A stretch of 57,522 bases of DNA from a virus (Duplodnaviria; Caudoviricetes): the IMG/VR virus record IMGVR_UViG_3300025543_000027, positions 1 to 57,522 of that record; one strand, written 5' to 3'. Shown here piece after piece: positions 18,881-29,100 of this stretch (position 1 is its first letter; each line of letters opens with the position of its first letter). The notes beneath the pieces are model-generated. The model was not told the origin of the DNA. It worked only from the letters and a program-made list of their open reading frames with translations, and did no database searches. The position numbers were made by a program, and so were the translations under genes.

Positions 18881-19528
18881 ATGGCTCGTTATCTACAAGA
18901 ACATCTCAGCTTCCACCAAGCACAAGTAAAAGTGCTCACGGAGGAAGCTGCTGACGGTTCTGGTAAGACCCTTTACATGCAAGGTATCTGTATCGAAGGC
19001 GATAAGCGCAATGCCAACGAAAGAATATACCCGGCTCACGAGATCCGTAAAGCAGTTGGCACGATCAATGAACAACTTGAAAATGGCAACTCGGTATTAG
19101 GCGAAGTAGATCATCCGGATGATCTCAAAATTAACTTAGACCGTGTCAGTCACACCATAGATAAAATGTGGTGCGACGGCGCAATAGGTTATGGAAAATT
19201 AAAAATATTACCTACGCCAATGGGACAACTGGTCAAAACCATGTTGGACAGCGGTGTTAAATTAGGTGTTTCAAGTCGTGGATCAGGAAATGTCGACGAC
19301 CGAACAGGACATGTCAGTGACTTTGAAATAGTTACTGTAGATGTAGTTGCACAACCCAGTGCTCCAAATGCATACCCAACAGCAATTTACGAAGGCCTCA
19401 TGAACATGAAGTACGGACATAGATTGTTGGAAGTGGCAAAAGAAGCCGGGGTGGACAACAAGGTACAAAGATATTTGAAAAGCGGAATAGTGAAGCTGAT
19501 CAAAGATCTTAAAATTAGGGAGGAATAA
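18881..19528 (+). CDS. gp21: prohead core protease
   Basis: NANERIYP, LGEVDHP, VSH, LGVSSRGSG, DVVAQPSAPNA. Confidence 0.95.
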   Translation: MARYLQEHLSFHQAQVKVLTEEAADGSGKTLYMQGICIEGDKRNANERIYPAHEIRKAVGTINEQLENGNSVLGEVDHPDDLKINLDRVSHTIDKMWCDGAIGYGKLKILPTPMGQLVKTMLDSGVKLGVSSRGSGNVDDRTGHVSDFEIVTVDVVAQPSAPNAYPTAIYEGLMNMKYGHRLLEVAKEAGVDNKVQRYLKSGIVKLIKDLKIREE

Positions 19529-19530
19529 GC

Positions 19531-20631
19531 ATGTTAGATGCTATTAAACCGTTACTAGACAGCGATTTGATCACCGAGGAAACTCGCCAGGAGATCTCTG
19601 AAGCTTGGGAAGCCAAGATGACAGAAGCTCGTGAACAAGTACGTGCAGAGCTACGCGAAGAGTTTGCACAACGCTATGAACATGATAAAACAGTGATGGT
19701 GGAAGCCCTAGATCGTATGGTAAAAGAAGGTCTTACAACTGAGATCCAAGCAATTGCTGCTGAAAAGCAAGCTATTTCAGAAGATCGTGTCAAGTTCAAT
19801 GGCAAAATGAAAGAATCCGCAACGAAGTTCAACAGCTTCATGGTTTCTAAATTAGCCGAAGAAATTGGCGAGTTGCGCAAAGACCGCAAGCAACACAATG
19901 AAGGACTCCAGAAATTGGAAGGCTTTATTGTGCATGCACTAGCCCGTGAAATTCAAGAATTTGCGGCCGACAAACAAGCTGTTGTGGAAACAAAAGTTCG
20001 TTTAGTCCGCGAAGCACGTGGCCAGCTAGAATCATTGAAGCGCCGTTTTGTAAAAGAATCAGCACAGAAAATGAGCAAAGCTGTAAGCCAACATCTAAAG
20101 GCTGAACTCAGTCAGTTACAAGAAGACATCAAAGTTGCTCGTGAGAACAATTTTGGTCGTCGTATCTTTGAAGCATATGCAAGTGAATTTGGTGCTACCC
20201 ATCTCAATGAGAAGGCAGAAGTACGCAAGTTACACGACACAATTGCACAAAAAGATTCCAAACTGTCTGAAGCCATCAAACTTATTAAGAATGCAAAAGT
20301 TCTTAATGAGAGTAAAGAGCGTGAAATACGCATGATCAAGGAATCCAATGAGCGTCAAGCCACATTAGATCACTTGTTGGCTCCTTTAAACAAGGAAAAA
20401 GCCGAAGTCATGAGTAGTTTACTCGAAAGCGTACAAACATCACGTTTGAAAAACGCATTTGAAAAGTATCTTCCAGCTGTTCTAACAGACCGCTCTGTAA
20501 AAGCCCAAAAAGTAATTACAGAATCCGTGTCCGCAGTCACTGGCGATAAATCTGCCCGTAGCCAATATGTTGAAGAAGTTGCTGATACCAGCAATGTAAT
20601 TGACATCAAGCGGTTGGCAGGGTTGAATTAA
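19531..20631 (+). CDS. gp22: prohead core scaffold protein
   Basis: Coiled-coil, Glu/Lys-rich; position between gp21 and gp23. Confidence 0.85.
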   Translation: MLDAIKPLLDSDLITEETRQEISEAWEAKMTEAREQVRAELREEFAQRYEHDKTVMVEALDRMVKEGLTTEIQAIAAEKQAISEDRVKFNGKMKESATKFNSFMVSKLAEEIGELRKDRKQHNEGLQKLEGFIVHALAREIQEFAADKQAVVETKVRLVREARGQLESLKRRFVKESAQKMSKAVSQHLKAELSQLQEDIKVARENNFGRRIFEAYASEFGATHLNEKAEVRKLHDTIAQKDSKLSEAIKLIKNAKVLNESKEREIRMIKESNERQATLDHLLAPLNKEKAEVMSSLLESVQTSRLKNAFEKYLPAVLTDRSVKAQKVITESVSAVTGDKSARSQYVEEVADTSNVIDIKRLAGLN

Positions 20632-20649
20632 TTTTAAAGGAGACATAAA

Positions 20650-21858
20650 ATGTCACAACAATTATTAGAAGGTCGCTGGGACGAGACCAAGGAAGCACTA
20701 CTTGAAGGTCTAAACGGTTCTAAGCGCAGTAGTATGAACGTTATTCTTGAGAATACACGCAAGTACTTGAAAGAAAATGCAAGTGCTGGTTCAACAGCAT
20801 CTGGTAACATCGCCACATTAAACCGTGTGATTCTACCAGTTATCCGACGTGTCATGCCAACTGTTATTGCTAACGAGTTGGTTGGTGTTCAGCCAATGAC
20901 AGGTCCAGTTGGACAGATCCACACATTGCGTGTACGTTACGCCAGTGCTTTAACAGACAACTCAGCTGCTGCTACTTCAGTTGCTGCTGGTCAAGAAGCA
21001 TTGAGCCCGTTCACAATTGCTACAGCTTATTCATCAAGCCCAGCTGCTGCAAACAATGCAGGCACAACCACCACCAACTACCAAGGCGCTTCAACAGCTT
21101 CCATGGAAGGCAACGGCGGTAAGACAGTCTCTGTACAAATCTTGAAGCAAGCAGTTGAAGCCAAGACACGTAAGTTGCAAGCTCGCTGGACATTTGAATC
21201 TGCACAAGACGCACAAGCCATGCATGGTATTGACGTTGAAGCAGAAATCATGGCAGCTTTGGCCCAAGAAATTACTGCTGAAATTGACCAAGAGATTCTC
21301 TTGAGCTTGAGCAGTTTGGCCGCTACTGAGTACACATACAACCAAGCTACTGTATCAGGTACAGCCACATTCGTTGGTGACGAGCATGCCGCATTGGCAG
21401 TTCTAATCAACCGTGTTGCCAACTTGATTGCACAACGCACACGTCGTGGTGCTGGTAACTGGGCTGTTGTTTCACCAGCTAGTTTGACAGTTCTACAAAG
21501 TGCTACAACTAGTGCTTTTGCTCGCACAACAGAAGGCACATTTGAAGCTCCTACAAACACCAAGTTTGTTGGAACATTGAACGGTGCAATGCGTGTGTTT
21601 GTCAACAGCTACGCTACAGACTCAAGTCCAGTTCTAGTTGGATACAAAGGTTCTAGTGAAGCTGATGCAGCCGCATTCTATTGCCCATACATTCCATTGA
21701 TGAGCAGTGGAGTTGTGTTGGATCCATCAACATTCGAACCAGTCGTATCATTTATGACACGTTATGGCTTCGTTGAGCTTACTAACACTGCAAGTTCATT
21801 CGGTAACGCTGCTGATTATGTTGGCGAAATCGCTGTGCAAAACTTGTCTTTCTCCTAA
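20650..21858 (+). CDS. gp23: major capsid protein
   Basis: ELVGVQPMTGPVGQI, VEAKTRKLQARWT, AQEITAEIDQEI, FYCPYIPL, MTRYG; strong SD. Confidence 0.97.
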   Translation: MSQQLLEGRWDETKEALLEGLNGSKRSSMNVILENTRKYLKENASAGSTASGNIATLNRVILPVIRRVMPTVIANELVGVQPMTGPVGQIHTLRVRYASALTDNSAAATSVAAGQEALSPFTIATAYSSSPAAANNAGTTTTNYQGASTASMEGNGGKTVSVQILKQAVEAKTRKLQARWTFESAQDAQAMHGIDVEAEIMAALAQEITAEIDQEILLSLSSLAATEYTYNQATVSGTATFVGDEHAALAVLINRVANLIAQRTRRGAGNWAVVSPASLTVLQSATTSAFARTTEGTFEAPTNTKFVGTLNGAMRVFVNSYATDSSPVLVGYKGSSEADAAAFYCPYIPLMSSGVVLDPSTFEPVVSFMTRYGFVELTNTASSFGNAADYVGEIAVQNLSFS

Positions 21859-21889
21859 TCAGAAAAAGACTTTTCGGAAACGAAAAAAC

Positions 21890-21914
21890 AAAAACGCCCT
21901 TCGGGGCGTTTTTT
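21890..21914 (+). terminator. rho-independent terminator (UUCG loop, probably bidirectional)
   Basis: AAAAACGCCC-TTCG-GGGCGTTTTTT after gp23. Confidence 0.9.
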
Positions 21915-21934
21915 ATTGACTAAATATTCGCACA

Positions 21935-22072
21935 ATGATCGCACAAATCAAATACTCAGGATTGTTTCCTGTCAAGCATACCAGCCCTGTGGGAACAGCA
22001 CAGGGTCTCAACCAACCCCGACTCGCACCAGTGCCGCCAGTTCCAGTTGTACAAAAGCCAGTTAAATCTTAA
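21935..22072 (+). CDS. 45-aa Pro/Val-rich small protein (below the ORF-track cutoff)
   Basis: ATG 8 nt after TAAATA (21921-21926); MIAQIKYSGLFPVKHTSPVGTAQGLNQPRLAPVPPVPVVQKPVKS. Confidence 0.5.
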   Translation: MIAQIKYSGLFPVKHTSPVGTAQGLNQPRLAPVPPVPVVQKPVKS

Positions 22073-23222
22073 ACAGTTTTAAGTGCAAGTTGATTTTTTT
22101 CACAACTGACGCCCAGTCGCCCATTGCGGGTTGACGGAACAATCTGGCTGTGGCATACCACGGAGTATCGTCTCTATTCAGCAGCCAGCGCCAGCACGGT
22201 GCATAGTTGTTCAACATGATCCAAGTGGGCTTGCCCAATGCTGCACTCAAGTGTGCTGTGGCAGTGTCAACACTGGTGACCACATCAAGATTGGCAATCA
22301 GCCCGGCTGTGTCAGCAAATGCAGGAGTACCACCTGGAAAACAATGCACACCTGCGTTGACCAGTTGCTGTTGTTCTTCCGCTGTGCAATCAGCTTGCAA
22401 GTTGTACCAGTCATAATTGGGATTAGTTTTGACCAGTTCAAGCATGTGCTCAAACGGCATTGCTTTGTGTTGGTTGATCCAACTGTCGCGTCTGCCACTC
22501 CATGCAAACCCCACACGCAGTTTTGTTTTGGAACCCAAGTTTCTACGCCAGTCATCGGTCAATTGCCGCCCAGGATCCAGGTATTGAATAGTAGTGGGCA
22601 AGTTCTCAACACGCACATTTATTTTTCCGGGAATACTCATCAGTGGAATCCAGTAATCAAAGTGTTCACCTGGATCTTGATTATAAGTCAGTACTTGAAC
22701 CCCTTGCCCTACTCCACTTGACTGTATCAGTGACACCATGGCATCGGTCACTTGTATGGTCACAGCAGCACCGATGTTCTTTAAGTTTTGTACAAAGCGC
22801 ACAAACTGAATAATATCGCCATGTCCTTGTTCGCCACGTACAAAAATACTTTTGCCTTGCAAGTCTTCGCTGTTCCATACAGGCCAAGGATATTCTGGCA
22901 GTGTGCCTTTCAAGTGTTCAAAGTTGTGTCTGGCTTCGTATGCAGGCCACCCCTGTGCATAGTCGCCGCTCATCAAGTAGGCCACAGCAAGATTAAAATG
23001 GTTGGTCACAGTGTTGCTATCAAGTTGCACAGCACGCTGATTGAACGGAATAGCACCTGCAGGATCACCCAGTTCTCTCAACACATTGCCATAGTTGTTG
23101 AATGCACTGGCAGAGTATCTGTCCTGGACCATGGCATGCATGTACTGCTGTAATGCCATTTCGGGTTGATGTTGTTCTCTAAAAGTGTTGCCTTGAGCAA
23201 TAAGAAGTTCTGTGTTTTGCAT
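22062..23222 (-). CDS. TPR-repeat glycosyltransferase (GT-B, GT9-like C-terminus)
   Basis: N-terminal TPRs (AFNNYGNVL, HFNLAVAYL); EQGHGDIIQFVRF, VGFAWSG, LDVVTSVDTATAHLSAALG; TAAATA on - at 23228-23233. Confidence 0.85.
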   Translation of the reverse strand: MQNTELLIAQGNTFREQHQPEMALQQYMHAMVQDRYSASAFNNYGNVLRELGDPAGAIPFNQRAVQLDSNTVTNHFNLAVAYLMSGDYAQGWPAYEARHNFEHLKGTLPEYPWPVWNSEDLQGKSIFVRGEQGHGDIIQFVRFVQNLKNIGAAVTIQVTDAMVSLIQSSGVGQGVQVLTYNQDPGEHFDYWIPLMSIPGKINVRVENLPTTIQYLDPGRQLTDDWRRNLGSKTKLRVGFAWSGRRDSWINQHKAMPFEHMLELVKTNPNYDWYNLQADCTAEEQQQLVNAGVHCFPGGTPAFADTAGLIANLDVVTSVDTATAHLSAALGKPTWIMLNNYAPCWRWLLNRDDTPWYATARLFRQPAMGDWASVVKKINLHLKLFKI

Positions 23223-23278
23223 GGCAATATTTACACAGCTTTTGGGTTGGGATCAAAATATCATTATGGCTAAATACT

Positions 23279-23343
23279 TGTCAACACAATACGGTGTTTT
23301 ATGCGGCACACCAGCCGCGTAGCAGCTAGAACCTGCATCGGAC
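23279..23343 (+). promoter_or_regulatory. structured three-hairpin 5' leader downstream of a late promoter
   Basis: TAAATA 23271-23276; stems AACAC/GTGTT, TATGCGGC/GCCGCGTA, GCAG/CTGC; SD AAGGAG at 23350-23355. Confidence 0.55.
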
Positions 23344-23363
23344 TTCTTTAAGGAGAAAACAAA

Positions 23364-24158
23364 ATGGGTCGTCCTCTAAAAATTCAAAAATACAACGTAG
23401 CCTCATCAACACCAATTGATCAAGGTTATACTCCATTTGCAGCACCGACTGCAATGGACACAAATACTGTTGTACTTCCACAGCCACCAACATCACCTTT
23501 GCCATTCACTGGCGTAGTAGGCGGTATTGACAGCGCTGGTGTCAGTGCCACATATCCTATTGTTGCTGTGACAGTAAATATTGCCAACAGCTTTTCTGGT
23601 GCAGCAGCAGGCGCAATTGTTCGTCAGAAAGGTGCTCGTAAGTTTTTGGTAGCAACCACTGCTGCTATTGATCCTGCAAACGCAGTAGTCGGTGTTGCGC
23701 TTCAAATTGCTGCGGTTGGCGATACAGACTGGCAAGCAATGGGTGCTCCTGTAGGCGCCGCAATTGGCACATTGTTCACTCCAACAGCAGCGTCAGCTGG
23801 TGGCTCAACTGGCACAGCATTTGAAGTTGGTCAGTGTGTGTTGGCAGCAGCCGGAACTCCAACTGCTGGCAATATGAACATTGCTATGGCAGTTGCTGAT
23901 GACAGTACCAACGTTTACATCAGCAAGTTGACCAACAAGTTTGTGCAAGACTTCAACGGCGGCGGCGCTGGCGGTGTTGCCAACACTGGCGATGTATGGG
24001 CCTACACTGCTACAGTTGACAACATTGACTACGCATCCAACTTCTTTAGTGACTCGTCAACATTTGACAAGTCTGGTGCAGAAGTTGATACTTGGGCTGC
24101 TACTCAACAAAACAGCGACGGTACATTGAACCTAGCACAAGTTGACAGTACAACCTAA
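23364..24158 (+). CDS. putative virion structural protein
   Basis: Late promoter, strong SD, Ala/Gly/Thr-rich, own terminator. Confidence 0.7.
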   Translation: MGRPLKIQKYNVASSTPIDQGYTPFAAPTAMDTNTVVLPQPPTSPLPFTGVVGGIDSAGVSATYPIVAVTVNIANSFSGAAAGAIVRQKGARKFLVATTAAIDPANAVVGVALQIAAVGDTDWQAMGAPVGAAIGTLFTPTAASAGGSTGTAFEVGQCVLAAAGTPTAGNMNIAMAVADDSTNVYISKLTNKFVQDFNGGGAGGVANTGDVWAYTATVDNIDYASNFFSDSSTFDKSGAEVDTWAATQQNSDGTLNLAQVDSTT

Positions 24159-24186
24159 TAAGTCAGTTACTTAATTTTCAACATTC

Positions 24187-24220
24187 AATCCCCGCAGTTA
24201 AATACCGTGGGGATTTTTTT
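24187..24220 (+). terminator. terminator hairpin with a TAAATA late promoter in its loop
   Basis: AATCCCCGC-AGTTAAATACC-GTGGGGATT-TTTTT, then ATG at 24221. Confidence 0.7.
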
Positions 24221-24808
24221 ATGACTGTGGCATTTGTGTTGGGAAACGGCGTCAGTAGATCTGGCTTGCCGTTGGAACGTATTCAAAAACTGGGGAAAAT
24301 TTACGGGTGCAATGCTCTTTATCGAGAGTTCACACCCGATGTCCTTGTGGCCACAGATCGCGCCATTGCACAACGAATACAAGAAACTGGCTATCCTGTT
24401 AAAAATAAATTTTATACCCGCAAGCCCATTGAAGGACTTGGAGCACATCGTGTACCACAGGAATATTACGGCTACAGTTCTGGTCCAAATGCTGTGGGCA
24501 TAGCAGCAATTGATCAAAATACCAAAATTTATATTATAGGGTTCGACATGGGACCCAGTGTGCACAATCAATTCAACAACATGTACGAAGGCACAGAGTT
24601 CTATAAACCCTCGGGGTCAGCACCCACATACACAGGAAATTGGGTAAAACAGTTGACAAAAATAACAAAAGATTTTTCTAAAACACAGTTTATTCGTGTC
24701 TGCGGCAACACTACAGCACGTTTACCAGCACTGGACAATATCACAAACCTGGCTCACGAGGATTTAGCGACCTTTCAAATGCGGATAAATAATCAAAAGG
24801 ATCTATAA
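24221..24808 (+). CDS. Maf/MptE/sialyltransferase-fold-like protein
   Basis: VLGNGVSR, IYGCNALYR, PDVLVATD, SSGPNA, IYIIGFD pattern. Confidence 0.55.
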   Translation: MTVAFVLGNGVSRSGLPLERIQKLGKIYGCNALYREFTPDVLVATDRAIAQRIQETGYPVKNKFYTRKPIEGLGAHRVPQEYYGYSSGPNAVGIAAIDQNTKIYIIGFDMGPSVHNQFNNMYEGTEFYKPSGSAPTYTGNWVKQLTKITKDFSKTQFIRVCGNTTARLPALDNITNLAHEDLATFQMRINNQKDL

Positions 24809-25414
24809 ATGGCCACAGTAAAAAATACCAGCGACGATTATACCATCACAGTAGCGGATGGCCTTGGCACGCTGACCATTAATGCTGACCTAGATGTAGT
24901 TGGTAATATCACATATATTGACTCTACTGAGCTTAGAGTCACAGACCCGTTTATCACAGTTGCATACGACAACAACGGTACAATACAAAGCATGGGATTG
25001 GTGGCTCAAAAATCATCAACAACATTTGCTGGTTTACGGTTCAACACCGTGTCCGGTGATTGGGAAATTAGTCCTGCTGTTGATGGTGACGGAGGAGCAA
25101 TAACTCCTTACTCGACTATTTCAACAGGCGGCATATCACCAGGCGCTCCGTTCAATGCTGTACAGTACAACGGAGCAGGAACATTTTCAGGCGATGCAGC
25201 ATTTACATTTGATGCTGGCAATGCCAAAGTAAACATAACAGGTCAAATGGTGTTGGCCAATATTGTGTCAACACCTGCTTCTACTCCCAACGTGGCAGCA
25301 CTATACAACAAAGCCGAAGGCTCAGGTGGCACTGGCGTTTATGTCATAAGTCCAACTGTAGACGATGAATTGGTCAGCAAAACCAAAGCAATTGTATTCG
25401 GCATTATATTTTAA
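24809..25414 (+). CDS. putative structural/fibre-associated protein
   Basis: Beta-rich; LDVVGNITY...VTDPFIT and AVQYNGAG fibre-type motifs. Confidence 0.7.
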   Translation: MATVKNTSDDYTITVADGLGTLTINADLDVVGNITYIDSTELRVTDPFITVAYDNNGTIQSMGLVAQKSSTTFAGLRFNTVSGDWEISPAVDGDGGAITPYSTISTGGISPGAPFNAVQYNGAGTFSGDAAFTFDAGNAKVNITGQMVLANIVSTPASTPNVAALYNKAEGSGGTGVYVISPTVDDELVSKTKAIVFGIIF

Positions 25415-25423
25415 GGAACAAAA

Positions 25424-25741
25424 ATGGCAATTACCAACACTAGATTAGACAGCACTAATCCAACCACAGTATTTGATGCGGTGGGACAACAAGCTATCAC
25501 AGTAATGTATCTGTGCAACACAACTTCGACCACTTGCACAGCAAATGTGTTTGTGATCAACAGTGACGACAGTACATCTTCTGCTGATACCAACATGGTA
25601 TATTCGCAATTGGAAATTACAGCCAATGACACATATGTTATTTCAACTGAAAAAATTATTCTTGATGACAATGATTTGATCGAAGTGGAAGCCAACATAG
25701 CAGATTGCCTTACCATAACAGTGAGTTCAATTAGCGTATAA
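25424..25741 (+). CDS. small structural protein
   Basis: AAGGA SD; beta-sandwich-like composition. Confidence 0.7.
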   Translation: MAITNTRLDSTNPTTVFDAVGQQAITVMYLCNTTSTTCTANVFVINSDDSTSSADTNMVYSQLEITANDTYVISTEKIILDDNDLIEVEANIADCLTITVSSISV

Positions 25742-25742
25742 C

Positions 25743-26141
25743 ATGGGAAATTGGGTAAAAAATCGGGTGGCGTCCTCGGGCAGTACTGCAATTAGACTAC
25801 CTACAGGAACTGCTGCTGATCGTCCTGGAATGCCAGTGTTTGGTCAGTTTAGGTACAACATAGATATAGCCGGACTAGAATACTACAACGGTACAAGTTG
25901 GGAAAGTGTTGCTGCCGGCGGAGCAATACAGTACACAGTTGATAGTTTTGTTGGCAACGGTGTTACTACTATCTTCACAATGTCGGAGCCCGAAAGTGCA
26001 CCGCAACAAATTATGGTGTTTGTGGGAAGTGTTTATCAAATACCCACCACAAACTATACCGTCAACGGCGGTTACGATATTACGTTTACCAGTGCGCCAC
26101 CAAACGACTTGCCTGTCAACGTAATTCACAGTACCAGTTAA
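25743..26141 (+). CDS. small structural protein
   Basis: LPTGTAADRP...GQFRYN...EYYNG..W module plus GNGVTTIF...VYQ.P...Y...ITFTSAP module, shared with 29655 and 31108. Confidence 0.75.
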   Translation: MGNWVKNRVASSGSTAIRLPTGTAADRPGMPVFGQFRYNIDIAGLEYYNGTSWESVAAGGAIQYTVDSFVGNGVTTIFTMSEPESAPQQIMVFVGSVYQIPTTNYTVNGGYDITFTSAPPNDLPVNVIHSTS

Positions 26142-26172
26142 ACAACTAAATACCCCATAAGGGAAAAAATTA

Positions 26173-29100
26173 ATGGCTATCAGTAAAATTGCAGGACAGA
26201 TGTTAAAAGACAATCTTGAAAGAGATGGTGCTAATCTGGCAATTACAGATACAATAGCTGATACTCCGGTGTTGTTTGTTGACGTAGTAAACGGTCAAAT
26301 TGGCATTAACAATGCAACCCCGTCAGTTGCATTAGATATTTCAGGTAATGTGTTAGCTGGGAATATCACCACAACAGAATTATTGTCAACTGGCACAGCA
26401 AATGTTGCCAATTTACAAGTAGCCGGGAATGCCACAGTTGATGGAAATTTCATCACGGGAAACATTACAATACCATCAACAGGCAATATCAACGTCGGTA
26501 CAAATTACATCAACAATGTTATTGATCCAGTACAGGACCAAGACGTTGCTTCAAAAAAATATGTAGATTTTGCAACAGGAAATGTTGGCAATTCTGTAAT
26601 TGGTAATGCTATTGCTCTCGGAACTCCGACGGACAGTAGCCTTGTTGTTAATGTAGCATACCCAGGATGGACAACAGCAACTTTTGTCACTGACAGTATT
26701 GATGACTTGAATCAGGTTGCATTGAATATTGCAAATGGCACGTATGTTGGTCGAGCTGCATTTTCAGGAACACCAACAGCAGGACCCAGTCCTATGGCAG
26801 TTACATTTACTGGAACATACATTGGAGATGCAGACAGTTTTTTGTGGGATTTTGGCGACGGCAATACCAGCACCGCTGGCAACATAGTTGTTCATAATTA
26901 TAACAACGTCAGCGGTGGCCAGTTTGATGTAACATTTACTGCATTTAATTCCAACGGCACGTATTCTGGCAATGTCTCTCTTGGAGCAAAAGGGTCAACT
27001 TCGTCGTCAACAGTCGAAGACTATATTACACTTTACACACCAAGTCCAGTTGCTGCATTTACCATTACCGACAACGTAATTGATACAGGATCTGGCGCCG
27101 AAGTTACCAATACATCAACTAATGCGTCCTCATATGAATTAGACTGGGGAGATGGATCTGCCAATGTTGACATTGTTGGCAATTGGACAACGCAAAATCA
27201 CACATACAACACTGCTGCAAATACAGATACAAGATATGGAATTGTGCTATCAGCAACTAGTGACACTGCTGGCCCGTCACCTGTAACAGATGTATCGTCA
27301 ACCGGTTTTATGTATGTTTATGCAACACAGACTCCGGCGTTTTCTGCTAACACATTAACAGTAATAAATTCTGCGGCAACCAGTGGAGGTATAGTTAGCT
27401 TTAGCAACGATACAAGCACTAGCCCAGGCGATACTGCAACATTTGGAGCACAACAAAAGTATTCATTTGTGTGGGGCGACAGCAATGTCAGTAATGTAGA
27501 TATTCAATCTGGGCTAGCAGGCAATCCCAGTGCAGCCAACATAACACATACGTTTGCGTTGACATCTGGAGAACAAGCAGGCGGAACAGTTGTAAACTAT
27601 ACAGCAAATTTACAAATTTACACTGGGTATAGCACAAGTCCTTTTACTTCAAGTGATATTGTAATCTCTGTAGAACCAGAAGTGCGTAGTGCATTTGCTG
27701 GCGTAGCTGTCACTCAGTCTGATGCTACGGGAGCAACAGCACAAACAGGATACATTTATACTGATTATAACGGCAATGATCGTGCATTGTTTACTTACGA
27801 AAATACAAGCCAAAACGGTAACGTATTTGATTTTGCCTGGGGCGATTCAACTACTAGCGGCAACATCAATGCAGGCAGCCCTGGCACACCTGGCAGCGGC
27901 AACATAACGCACACTTATACCACAACAGGATCTAAAACAGTTGCGCTAACAAGTTATGGTACACCCGGAACACTAGCACAGTCAAATGTTCAAACAAGAA
28001 GCAGTTATATTAATATTGCCACTAACCCGACGGCGCCTGGTGCTGTGAGTACAAAAACATTGTCATTGTCAACTGGCAGTCAGGGCAATAGTCCGTTACT
28101 GGCAGCGGCCGCAGATGACAACACAAGCGGCAATATACCAGCTGCTGGCTCAAGCGTGACACGATATATAACCAGTACACCTATTGTAAGTTCGACTATA
28201 GCAGATGCTAACACATCGCTGTCGACAAATACGTTGACATCGTACATAAGTGGCAGTGCTACAGGCAATGTGACTTTTAATACTGCAACTGATTCTTCTG
28301 GAACATACAGTTCGTTGGTTGTCACCGAAGATGAAGACGCACACACAGCAATCAATGCCACTTACCCAACAGGATTTTATAAAGTATTTTCTGCCAGAAT
28401 TAGTCAAACTTTGGCTGCGTTGACAGTTGGATATAACGATTACCAACTGAGACATTCGACCACTGGCAACACTAACGCTACGGGTTTTGTCAAAGACAAC
28501 TTGACTGTGGTACCTACAGTTGATACTGCCAGTGTAACAATGACAGAAGCATCTGCTGGAACGTACAGGTATATCTCCGGTGTTCCGTATTATAATACAG
28601 GCAGCCCGTCGATTACAGTCACCAGTTTGGCAGTGGCTGATTTAACTGGACAAACATATCGCAATACAGCAACTCCATTGACAGTTGCGTCGGGCACAAC
28701 CGACGAAGGCACATCTGGAAGTATTATCAACTCCCAGAGCAAATCCTATGCTGATATCAACGGCGCTCCGTCAATGCTAACAGGCGGCATACCAAATGCC
28801 AACATTGGCATTGCAGCCGATTACACACTTGGGAATCAAAGTATTTCAATTGATGGGTCGGCAAGAGCAGTTGCTACATTACAAGCGTCAATGATCAACG
28901 TCAACGGAACAAGTACCACAGTTCAGTTACCGACAAAAGTTCAAGTTTACAATTTATCATTAACAGGAATTGATGAATCTGCTATTCCAGTAAGTGACAG
29001 TTTAGGTGGCGGCGTATATACCAATGATGGTGTCCGTGTAGCACTAGGTCTAAGCGGAGACAATCCTGCGTTTTCGGCAAGCACAAACTTCTACACAGAT

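Noticed and set aside
23279-23343. True tRNA gene
   Set aside because: No 7-bp acceptor stem, TTC T-loop or CCA; kept only as a structured leader
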